Program-made: the position numbers and the translations under genes
The notes under the pieces: model-generated
What the model was told of the DNA's origin: nothing
The model's input: the letters and a program-made list of their open reading frames with translations, nothing else
Databases searched by the model: none
Origin: Chloroflexi bacterium RBG_19FT_COMBO_62_14
Lineage (GTDB): Bacteria; Chloroflexota; Anaerolineae; Anaerolineales; E44-bin32
Assembly: GCA_001797105.1 (NCBI GenBank)
Contig: MGOM01000142.1
Coordinates: 55,501-95,068 of the forward strand
DNA: 39,568 nt
Direction of reading: 5' to 3'
Shown: piece by piece, positions 8,037 through 15,917 of the stretch
Layout: each line of letters opens with the position of its first letter
How positions within the stretch are numbered: the first letter of the stretch is position 1

Positions 8037-8288
8037 ATGACCAGAATGCATGATCTGACCGAAGATTTGGCCCGGAAGTTGCGCCGGACCGGCATGGGTG
8101 GCGTTGCAGCAGTCCTCTTGGAGGTGGCAGGACCATTGGCCCTGATCGGTGCACAGGTGGCATACATCGTGGAACCTCTCTTCGGAGGAGAGGAGCTGCA
8201 TAGCATCGGTCGTGTGTTGGAGGATCCTAAGAAGGTTCGCCTCCTGATCGACCAACTGCGAACTGACTTGGCGGACAACGATGTTTGA
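8037..8288 (+). CDS. Small hypothetical protein (83 aa) with one hydrophobic segment
   Basis: First ORF after the promoter. Its stop overlaps the next ATG (8281) by 8 nt. An alternative ATG lies at 8046. Confidence 0.55.
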   Translation: MTRMHDLTEDLARKLRRTGMGGVAAVLLEVAGPLALIGAQVAYIVEPLFGGEELHSIGRVLEDPKKVRLLIDQLRTDLADNDV

Positions 8289-9024
8289 TCTCAGGGGTCT
8301 GCTGATCCTGGCGATCTTCCTTGCAACGCTTCTGGCTTACGCCGCGTACGGGCGTCGGAGGACGACCGTCTTTCGCAAGCTGCGCGGCTTCGAAGAACTC
8401 GGCAGATCCATCGAGCGCGCCGTTGAGGCCGGCGAGCGCGTACATCTTTCTCTAGGGACCGGATCGGTGATCGGCTCTGACAGTGGTCCGGCGCTCGCTG
8501 GATTGGCCGTGCTTTCGCGGATGGCGATGGCGACCAGCATGAGCGATAAGCCATCGGTGATCACGGCCGGGGACGGCGCCATGATGGTACTGTCGCAGGA
8601 TAGCTTGCGGACGGGGTATCAGCAGGTCGGAGAATCAACCCGCTTCCAGTTGACAGCCGGAAGAATGCTGGGTCCGACACCCTTCTCCTACGTCGCCGGT
8701 CTTCCCGCCGTTCTCGGTGGCGAGGACGTGACGGTCCACGTGATGATCGGATCGTTTGGGGCGGAAGCTGCGCTGGCGGCGGACTTTGGTGAGAGAAAGG
8801 GAATATTTGTCCTGGCCGGGACAGACGACGTTCAGGCGCAGGCACTCCTGTATGCCATCGCCTCCTATCCTCTTATCGGAGAAGAGGTGTTTGCCGGCGG
8901 TGCATACCTGAACGCGGGCCCGCTGCATCATGCCAGCCTGAGCACACAAGACCTGGTGCGGTTCCTTATCGTCGCCGCGATCCTGGTCGGGACACTGATG
9001 CGCACCTTTGGGGTCGGCCTGTGA
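8281..9024 (+). CDS. Hypothetical protein with N- and C-terminal TM anchors flanking a ~190-aa globular domain
   Basis: TM segments LLILAIFLATLLAYAAY and FLIVAAILVGTLM. Translationally coupled on both sides. No family recognised. Confidence 0.75.
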   Translation: MFDLRGLLILAIFLATLLAYAAYGRRRTTVFRKLRGFEELGRSIERAVEAGERVHLSLGTGSVIGSDSGPALAGLAVLSRMAMATSMSDKPSVITAGDGAMMVLSQDSLRTGYQQVGESTRFQLTAGRMLGPTPFSYVAGLPAVLGGEDVTVHVMIGSFGAEAALAADFGERKGIFVLAGTDDVQAQALLYAIASYPLIGEEVFAGGAYLNAGPLHHASLSTQDLVRFLIVAAILVGTLMRTFGVGL

Positions 9025-9665
9025 AGCTGGGTGCGTATATGATCTGGGCCGCCGTCGCGGTCGCAGCCGGCGCGATCGTCCTCCTCGGCTACTTCACCAA
9101 CCTCGACGTCATCATCGGGCTGCGGCTGGTCTGGCTGGTCTTGCTTCGTTGGGCGATCCTGCTTGCTGCCGGGGGACTGGGAATCGGTCTGGTGAATCTG
9201 GCGAGTGTCCACCTGGCCAAGGTCAGCGAGCAGGAGCCCGGCTGGCCGTATAGCGGCGTCCTGATCGTTTTCTTCACCTTCACCCTGGCCCTCGGGCTGT
9301 TCTTCGGCCCGGACAGCCCATGGACGCTGTTCGTCTTCAGATTCATCCACCTGCCCCTCGAATCAAGTCTCATGGCCCTCCTGGCGGTCGCCCTGGTTGT
9401 TGCCGGCGTACGCCTGGCCGGCCGGCGACGAGATCTCCTCAGTCTCGTGTTCGTGTTGACCGCCATCCTGATATTGCTGGGGACCGGGCCGTGGCTCATC
9501 GGTTCCGAAAGCGTGACCCATGAGAGGATCTTATGGGTCAGGAACTGGGTAGTCCAGGTGGCGGCGGCCGGAGGGGCAAGGGGCATCCTCCTCGGCGTGG
9601 CAATCGGTGGGATTGTCACCGGCTTGCGGGTGCTTGTGGCCGCCGACCGGCCTTACGGGAACTAG
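9021..9665 (+). CDS. Polytopic membrane protein (about 6 TM), uncharacterised
   Basis: GTGA start/stop overlap with the upstream gene. Hydrophobic throughout. Confidence 0.75.
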   Translation: MKLGAYMIWAAVAVAAGAIVLLGYFTNLDVIIGLRLVWLVLLRWAILLAAGGLGIGLVNLASVHLAKVSEQEPGWPYSGVLIVFFTFTLALGLFFGPDSPWTLFVFRFIHLPLESSLMALLAVALVVAGVRLAGRRRDLLSLVFVLTAILILLGTGPWLIGSESVTHERILWVRNWVVQVAAAGGARGILLGVAIGGIVTGLRVLVAADRPYGN

Positions 9666-9669
9666 CGGA

Positions 9670-12249
9670 ATGGCTGCCGAACTCCGTTGTCCGATGTGCA
9701 GCAAACTCAACCCTCCCGGCGCAGAGGAATGTGGGTTTTGCGGAGCTCGGCTGCGGCCTCTGGTCGTCGGAGGCGAACCGGAAGGCTCTCGCATATCGGC
9801 GGACGGGACGGATGATGGCGCAGAGGCCTCGGACTGGCTCGACAGGATGAGGGCAGGATCGGGAGCGGACGAATTCGAAGAGAATGCCCCAGAGGATGAG
9901 GCAGACTCGGCCGGCTCTCCGGACTGGCTGGGCCGCTTGCGAGAAGTGGGACCGTCGGAAGAAGGGCCACCCCCGGGTGAGGTCCCGGACTGGTTGGGCA
10001 CGCCGAAGGAGACAACGGCGGAGGCTCCGGGGGAAGAGACCGGTGGGGCCGAACTGGCAGAGGTCCCTGATTGGCTATCGCGTGTACGCGACAGGCAGGC
10101 CCAGGAAGCCGAACCGGCCTGGGGTGCAGAGCCGGAAGACGGGGGCGCGGAGGGGCAGGAGGACTGGCTCGCCCGAATACGAGATGGGGGGATACCAGCC
10201 AACGCCGGACCAGCGCTCCCTCCGCTGACACCTGACTCCGCCGTGGAAGCCCCGACACCTGGAGGGCGACCCTCGCCTGACTGGATAGAGAGGGGCGAGC
10301 GCCTCGGGGCCGGTGACTCCATTGAGCCGGTGGAAGACTCAGGCTTGGCCTGGGACATTCAATCCGGCACAGACCTGGGCTGGTTAGAAGAGGTCGCCCC
10401 CGCAGAAGGATCGGATCTCGCCCAAGCCGGCCCCGCCGCGCCGCCTCGGGAGGGGTGGCTGGCCGAGCTCGAAACACCGTCTGACGAGTTGCCCGAAGGC
10501 ACGGGCGAAGAAGCGAAGGGTGTGGAGCCTGCGGCTTCCTGGCTGGGCAACGCAGAGATCGCCGTCGAAAGGCCGTTTACAGGAGAAGACGAGGAGATCA
10601 TCCGACCGGAGACGGGCGAAGCGGATTGGCTCAAAGAGCTCGAGGTTGGAGCCGACGAGCCCTCATCCTGGGAGGACCGAGGCCAACGCAAGATCTGGGA
10701 AACTGCAGGAGAAGGCGGGCTGGGCTGGCTGGCCGAATACGATGCCTCGGTCGGAAAGAAGCCCGACGAAGCGGGGGAGCCGACCCCGGAGGGTGAACAG
10801 CTTGAGCCGGGATGGCTCTCAGAGATCAGGGCCCCGGATCAGGTCCTCCCAAGCGAGCCCGAAGCAGTCGTGCCCGCCAAATGGGAAGAGGCGGCCCAGC
10901 CTGAGCGCACGCCCGCAGGCGAGCTGCCCCACGTGGCGGCGCTGGTCTTTGGGGCACAGGAGCCGGGCGGAGGGGCGCAAACCCCAGACATCGATCTGAG
11001 CTCGCTTGAGGTCGAGTTGCCTGATTGGCTCGGTGAGCACAAAGCCGCCCCCGCAGGAGGGGAGCCGGCTGGCCCCGGCGGGGTCGATCTTGCACCGGCG
11101 ACACTCCCGGCGTGGCTCGAAGCGATGCGGCCGATCGCCACATTCCGATCGGTTGTCGAGGTTGCCGAGGAAGAAGAACAGGCCCTCGAATCGGCAGGCC
11201 CGCTGGCTGGGCTGCGCGGGGTCCTGATGGCCGAGCCAGTGGTAGCCATGCCGCGCGCGCCGACGATCGGCGCCGCCAAGCTGGAGGTTACCGAACGGCA
11301 GTACGCCCAGGCCGAGCTCTTGCACAAGATGGTCGAGGAGGAGGAGCGCGAGCTCCCATCAGCCGACAGACGCCGTTTGCGTCTGCCGCTGGTTCGCTGG
11401 GCCGTGTCCGCCGTCCTCCTCATGGCTGTCATCCTGCCGATCACGCTCGGGATCCCTTCCTTTCCTCTTCCTTCCCAGGTATCACGCGATCTTAAGCCGC
11501 TGATGGCATTGGTCAATGGATTGCCGGTTGATCGACCGTCGCTTGTCGTGTTCGATTACGATCCCGGATATTCGGGTGAGATGAACGCTGTGGCTGGAGC
11601 GTTCATCGATCAACTCATGGGAAGAGGGGTCCCGGTTGTCAGTCTCTCGACGCGCCCTTACGGGCCGGCGCTCGCCGCGGGTCTCCTGGACCGAATCGCT
11701 TCAGGACGCGGCGTCCCTGCTGGGACCGGTTATCTGCATCTCGGATATCTCTCGGGTGGGCCGACCGCTGTGCAGATCTTTGCCGCTGCGCCGCAAGATG
11801 CAGTTCGGCAAGGCTTTGATCTGCCCGCGGATGCCGAAGGTCAAGCGGTGTGTGGGGGCTGGGATTGCCCCATTCTCTCGAACGTGCACAGGCTCTCCGA
11901 CTTCAGCATGGTCGCTGTGCTCTCGAGCGGTACCGAAAACGCTCGCACGTGGGCCGAGCAGGCTCACCCCTATTTGGGCCAGGTCCCTCTGGTGATGGTC
12001 TTGAGTGCCGGCGCGGAACCGCTCATCCGGCCGTACTACGAGGCGCTCGAGCCGCAGGTGAACGGTATCCTCTCGGGTCTGCCCGCGGCGGTGGCCTATG
12101 AGCAGGCCAATCAACTCCCCGGGGAGGCGCACGCACGCTGGAATCCATTCGGGGCTGCCCTGATGGCGATCGAATTCATGTTGGCTGCAGGCGTCGTCTA
12201 TGCCCTTGCGAGACGGCTCTTGAGATCGGGCCGGGCGCAGCGTGGGTGA
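9670..12249 (+). CDS. 859-aa zinc-ribbon protein: CxxC-x12-CxxC N-terminus, ~500-aa acidic region with 14 'DWL' motifs, TM, ~270-aa domain, C-terminal TM
   Basis: CPMCSKLNPPGAEECGFCG at 9688-9741. ATG 9670 is 4 nt after the upstream stop; the track ORF start at 9607 overlaps the previous gene. TM segments VRWAVSAVLLMAVILPITLGI and ALMAIEFMLAAGVVYAL. Confidence 0.85.
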   Translation: MAAELRCPMCSKLNPPGAEECGFCGARLRPLVVGGEPEGSRISADGTDDGAEASDWLDRMRAGSGADEFEENAPEDEADSAGSPDWLGRLREVGPSEEGPPPGEVPDWLGTPKETTAEAPGEETGGAELAEVPDWLSRVRDRQAQEAEPAWGAEPEDGGAEGQEDWLARIRDGGIPANAGPALPPLTPDSAVEAPTPGGRPSPDWIERGERLGAGDSIEPVEDSGLAWDIQSGTDLGWLEEVAPAEGSDLAQAGPAAPPREGWLAELETPSDELPEGTGEEAKGVEPAASWLGNAEIAVERPFTGEDEEIIRPETGEADWLKELEVGADEPSSWEDRGQRKIWETAGEGGLGWLAEYDASVGKKPDEAGEPTPEGEQLEPGWLSEIRAPDQVLPSEPEAVVPAKWEEAAQPERTPAGELPHVAALVFGAQEPGGGAQTPDIDLSSLEVELPDWLGEHKAAPAGGEPAGPGGVDLAPATLPAWLEAMRPIATFRSVVEVAEEEEQALESAGPLAGLRGVLMAEPVVAMPRAPTIGAAKLEVTERQYAQAELLHKMVEEEERELPSADRRRLRLPLVRWAVSAVLLMAVILPITLGIPSFPLPSQVSRDLKPLMALVNGLPVDRPSLVVFDYDPGYSGEMNAVAGAFIDQLMGRGVPVVSLSTRPYGPALAAGLLDRIASGRGVPAGTGYLHLGYLSGGPTAVQIFAAAPQDAVRQGFDLPADAEGQAVCGGWDCPILSNVHRLSDFSMVAVLSSGTENARTWAEQAHPYLGQVPLVMVLSAGAEPLIRPYYEALEPQVNGILSGLPAAVAYEQANQLPGEAHARWNPFGAALMAIEFMLAAGVVYALARRLLRSGRAQRG
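9829..11124 (+). repeat. Protein-level repeat region: 14 copies of x-[DGSA]-W-[LI]-x-x-[hydrophobic or R] in an acidic, Pro/Gly-rich background
   Basis: SDWLDRM, PDWLGRL, PDWLGTP, PDWLSRV, EDWLARI, PDWIERG, LGWLEEV, EGWLAEL, ASWLGNA, ADWLKEL, LGWLAEY, PGWLSEI, PDWLGEH, PAWLEAM. Confidence 0.8.
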
Positions 12250-12962
12250 TTCGGATGCTTGAGCAAGTCGTCGGCCCCGTCCTGGCGTCTCTTCTGACGA
12301 TCATGATGCTCAGCTACATCATTGGCGACAACGCCTTCTTCCGCTTGGCATGTTTCATTTTTGTCGGAGTGGCCTCCGGTTATGCCGGCGCTATCGCCTG
12401 GCACCATGTGCTCTGGCCGGGACTGGGCGAACCGTTCGTGCAGAACGGGGTGTCAACCCTCACAGACCCCGCGTTGATTGTCACGGTAGTTGTTCCCCTG
12501 GTCTTGATTGGGCTGATGCTGTTCAAGCTCTCGGCCGCGACTGCGCCTTACGGAACCTTGCCGTTGGCCCTGATGGTCGGTATAGGGGCGGGGGTTCTCG
12601 TCGGCGGGGCGATCACCGGAACGCTCATCCCACAGTCTATGGCGGCAATGACCACCCTCGACCCACGCGCGGTCGCGCCGCAAACGGGAGAGACCGGCCT
12701 GGAGCGAGTCATCAATGTCATTATCCTCCTGGCCGGGACGTTGTCGACCTTGATGTACTTTCGCTTCACTGCCACTCGTTCCGCCAGCGGTGAAACCCGC
12801 CGGACCAGGCTCATGAGGATCGTCGCCAGTGGGGGCGGATTCTTCATTGCGCTCACATTCGGAGTCATGTACGCTGGGGCGTTAGCGGCGGCGGTAATTG
12901 TCCTGGCCGAACGGGTCCAATTCCTGGCCGAGGTGGTTGTGAACATGCTAGGCAGACTGTGA
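12246..12962 (+). CDS. Polytopic membrane protein, uncharacterised
   Basis: GTGA overlap with the upstream stop; an alternative ATG lies at 12255. Gly/Ala-rich TM helices (LMVGIGAGVLVGGAITG). Confidence 0.75.
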   Translation: MIRMLEQVVGPVLASLLTIMMLSYIIGDNAFFRLACFIFVGVASGYAGAIAWHHVLWPGLGEPFVQNGVSTLTDPALIVTVVVPLVLIGLMLFKLSAATAPYGTLPLALMVGIGAGVLVGGAITGTLIPQSMAAMTTLDPRAVAPQTGETGLERVINVIILLAGTLSTLMYFRFTATRSASGETRRTRLMRIVASGGGFFIALTFGVMYAGALAAAVIVLAERVQFLAEVVVNMLGRL

Positions 12963-12972
12963 CGGCGGTAGG

Positions 12973-14733
12973 ATGAGCACGATCGTCGATGCCGACACTC
13001 TGCTCGCCATCGATGTCGGGAGCGTGAACACGCGCGCCTCGCTGTTCGATGTCGTCGACGGCCGGTATCGTTTCGTAGCGACAGGGCGTTCTGCATCGAC
13101 GGCCGATTACCCCGTCGCCGATATCGGCGAGGGGATTCGGCTGGCACTCGAGCGGGTCCAGGGCGTCACTGGGCGGCGGCTGATCGACGAATCCGATTCG
13201 TTGATCGTCCCGGCGAGTGCCGACGGCTCGGGGACGGATGTTTTCGTCGCCACCGCCTCGGCCGGACCAAGCCTGCGCACCATCATGGTGGGGCTAATGC
13301 CGGGTGTTTCGATTGAGAGTGCACGGCGGCTGGCGACGGGTACCTATCTGAATGTGCTCGATGAGATCGGCCTGACGGATCGTCGGCGCGAAGAGGAACA
13401 GATCGACTTGCTTCTCCGGGCGAAACCCGATCTCATCCTTCTTGTCGGTGGTACGGACGGCGGGGCGAATGAATCGGTCTTGCGCATGGTCGATCTGGTG
13501 GCGGTGGCTGCCAGCCTGTTCCCCGAAGGGGAAGTCCCGCGCGTTGTCTACGCCGGCAACCGACAATTGTCGGCTGCCGTGGCGGATCGGTTGGGAGACC
13601 AGCTCCCACTGGTCTTGACGCCGAATGTACGACCGACGCTTGGAACCGAGGATCTCGCCCCCGCCCGCTTGCGCCTGGCTGAGGTCATCGGTGAGGTGCG
13701 TTCGATGCGCATCTCAGGCTTCGAGGAACTGAGGCAATGGACCGGTGGGAACCTCATGCTTACGGCGGACGCCGTCGGACGCGTTTGTCGCTACCTGAGT
13801 CAAGTATACGATCCGGAGAAGGGAGTGATGGGTGTCGACCTCGGCGCCAGTCACACGACGGTGGCCGCCGCCTTCGCCGGGGACCTCAGGCTGACGGTGT
13901 GCTCCGACTTGGGCCTCGGTGCAGCCCTCCCTGGCCTGCTCCGGCATAGCTCATTAGAGAAGGTAACCCGTTGGCTGCCGATCGACATTCCGGATGAGTA
14001 CGTTCAGGACTATGTGTACAACAAGGCCCACTATCCCCGGAGTGTGCCGGCCGAAACTGAGGAAATGCACCTCGAATACGCCCTGGCCCGCCAATTGATC
14101 CGTTCGGCATTGTTCCAGGCGAGGGCGGGGTGGCCGCAGGGGAAGGACTCCGAGTCCGTTCTCCTGATGCCTCCACTCGAGCCCATTATCGCCAGCGGAG
14201 GCGCCCTGGCACGCGCCCCTCGCCCAGGCTTGGCCACCCTGGTGCTCTTGGACGCGCTGCAGCCGACCGGGGTTTGCACTCTCATCCTGGATCCTCACAA
14301 CCTTTCGCCGGCGCTTGGTGCGGCCGCCGAACCGCTTCCTCTGGTGGCTGTCCAGGTTCTCGGTTCAGGTGGCTTTGTCAGCCTCGGCACGGTGGTTGCA
14401 CCCATCGGACGGGCGAGACAGGACAGGCCGGTCTTGAAGTTCCGGCTGGACAAGGAAGGAACGGGCGACGTCGTCGAAGACGAGGTCAGGTTCGGCCAGC
14501 TCGTCGTGCTCTCGCTCGGGCAGGGGGAGCATGGTCGGCTGACTTTGCGCCCCGAGCAGGGATTCGACCTCGGTTTCGGTGGCCCGGGAAAGGCCGGCGC
14601 CCTGCGAGTCTCGGGCGGGGCCGTGGGTCTGATCATCGACGCCCGCGGGCGGCCTCTCCAGCTCGCCAGAGATGGCGGACGTAGGCGTGAATTGAACCAG
14701 AAGTGGCTGTGGGACATCGGCGCGCTACACTGA
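12973..14733 (+). CDS. ASKHA (actin/Hsp70/sugar-kinase fold) ATPase, resembling GlmL/MutL glutamate-mutase accessory-type proteins
   Basis: Phosphate-1-like LLAIDVGSVNTRASLFD. LLVGGTDGG. Second-lobe MGVDLGASHTTVAAA. Confidence 0.7.
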   Translation: MSTIVDADTLLAIDVGSVNTRASLFDVVDGRYRFVATGRSASTADYPVADIGEGIRLALERVQGVTGRRLIDESDSLIVPASADGSGTDVFVATASAGPSLRTIMVGLMPGVSIESARRLATGTYLNVLDEIGLTDRRREEEQIDLLLRAKPDLILLVGGTDGGANESVLRMVDLVAVAASLFPEGEVPRVVYAGNRQLSAAVADRLGDQLPLVLTPNVRPTLGTEDLAPARLRLAEVIGEVRSMRISGFEELRQWTGGNLMLTADAVGRVCRYLSQVYDPEKGVMGVDLGASHTTVAAAFAGDLRLTVCSDLGLGAALPGLLRHSSLEKVTRWLPIDIPDEYVQDYVYNKAHYPRSVPAETEEMHLEYALARQLIRSALFQARAGWPQGKDSESVLLMPPLEPIIASGGALARAPRPGLATLVLLDALQPTGVCTLILDPHNLSPALGAAAEPLPLVAVQVLGSGGFVSLGTVVAPIGRARQDRPVLKFRLDKEGTGDVVEDEVRFGQLVVLSLGQGEHGRLTLRPEQGFDLGFGGPGKAGALRVSGGAVGLIIDARGRPLQLARDGGRRRELNQKWLWDIGALH

Positions 14734-14737
14734 TCGC

Positions 14738-15841
14738 TTGGCACTGCTCTTGCAACTCAAGCCAGACATGATAATGGGCTCTGCGTATCTTCCACCCGTA
14801 TCGCATGTTCTCCCGCTGGCGATCATCCGGCGAGAGCGCCGTTTGCCGCTTGCCGGGGCGGTCGCGGTCCGGATCAATCAGAAAGTTATGGCCTCGGATG
14901 TGGTCGCCGAGGGCGAGGCTCCCCCGCGCCACGTATTCCTGGATCTCGCCCGCGGCCTGGGCGTCCCCGTTCACGAGGTGGGCAGGTATCTGCGCTCCCA
15001 GCGAGGCGATGCGCTTGAAGCCGGGGAAGTTCTTGCTGGCCCGGCCGGCATGGGTAGGAGGACTGTTCGAGCCCCCTCAGATGGGATCGTGGTCAGTATC
15101 TCCAACGGCCGGTTGCTCTTTCGGATGCACTCAGGGGTCCTCGAGCTCAAGGCTGGGTTCCCGGCGACGGTCGTCGGGACCGATGGAGTTCAAACCGTCC
15201 TCCTGGAAACGACGGGGGCGTTGATCCAGGGCATGTGGGGGAACGGAAACAACGATTTCGGTGTGATGCGGGTTGTGGGAGACGGACCAGGTGACCGGTT
15301 GCAGACCGATCGCCTGGACGCCGACCTGCGCGGGGCAATTCTTGTCGCCGGCATTTGTGATCATCCGGCACCCTTGCACCAGGCGACCGGGATTTCAGCT
15401 CGCGGGATCGTCCTTGGCGGATTGGCTTCTGAGCTGATCCCGGTGGCGGCCCGCCTGCCGTATCCAGTCATCGTAACGACCGGGTTCGGCCCGCTTCCGC
15501 TGGACAATCCGACCTTCAACCTGCTCAGTAGCAACGCCGGCCGGGAAGTGGCCCTCGATGCCCGCAAGTACAATCCGTCCGACGGATCGCGGCCGGAGGT
15601 GATCATCCCCCTGCCGCCGACCTCTGAGGCGGATTTGCCCGAAGATGTTATTCCCCTGAAGGAGGGTGTGCGCGTTCGGCTGGCCCGTCCTCCTTATCAC
15701 GGGTCTGTCGGGGTTGTGCGGGAGATGCTCGCCCGGGCCGTCGACTATCCGAGCGGGATCCTTGCCCGGAGCGCCAGAGTCGACTTGGATGGGGTTGGCT
15801 TGACGATCGTCCCCGTCGATAATCTGGAGGTTCTGCAATAG
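14738..15841 (+). CDS. Hypothetical protein with an N-terminal barrel-sandwich-hybrid-like segment and a C-terminal KOW-like motif
   Basis: VVAEGEA...RTVRAPSDGIVVSISNGRLLF and LKEGVRVRLARPPYHGSVGVVREM. TTG 14738 is 4 nt after the upstream stop; alternative ATGs at 14768/14774. Confidence 0.65.
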   Translation: MALLLQLKPDMIMGSAYLPPVSHVLPLAIIRRERRLPLAGAVAVRINQKVMASDVVAEGEAPPRHVFLDLARGLGVPVHEVGRYLRSQRGDALEAGEVLAGPAGMGRRTVRAPSDGIVVSISNGRLLFRMHSGVLELKAGFPATVVGTDGVQTVLLETTGALIQGMWGNGNNDFGVMRVVGDGPGDRLQTDRLDADLRGAILVAGICDHPAPLHQATGISARGIVLGGLASELIPVAARLPYPVIVTTGFGPLPLDNPTFNLLSSNAGREVALDARKYNPSDGSRPEVIIPLPPTSEADLPEDVIPLKEGVRVRLARPPYHGSVGVVREMLARAVDYPSGILARSARVDLDGVGLTIVPVDNLEVLQ

Positions 15842-15917
15842 GTGGTGAGCTGCGGCCCAAGCTGGCGCGGCCATCCGAAAGGCCGAGGGTTGGCCGGAAT
15901 CATTAGGAGAAGTGACC

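Noticed and set aside
9607-9669. N-terminal extension of the 880-aa track ORF
   Set aside because: The extension overlaps the last 59 nt of the preceding membrane-protein gene in another frame. ATG 9670 sits 4 nt after that gene's stop and begins directly with the zinc-ribbon motif.
9531-10358. 275-aa minus-strand Ser/Pro/Gly-rich ORF (and 9707-10477) opposite the acidic repeat region
   Set aside because: It mirrors the Glu/Asp/Pro/Gly-rich sense strand. The sense frame has a zinc ribbon, TM segments and operon coupling; the antisense frame has none.
9829-11124. Possible DNA tandem repeat or CRISPR-like array underlying the DWL motifs
   Set aside because: Only a 4-residue protein motif recurs, at irregular spacing. 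The intervening nucleotide sequence is not repeated, so there are no repeat-spacer units.
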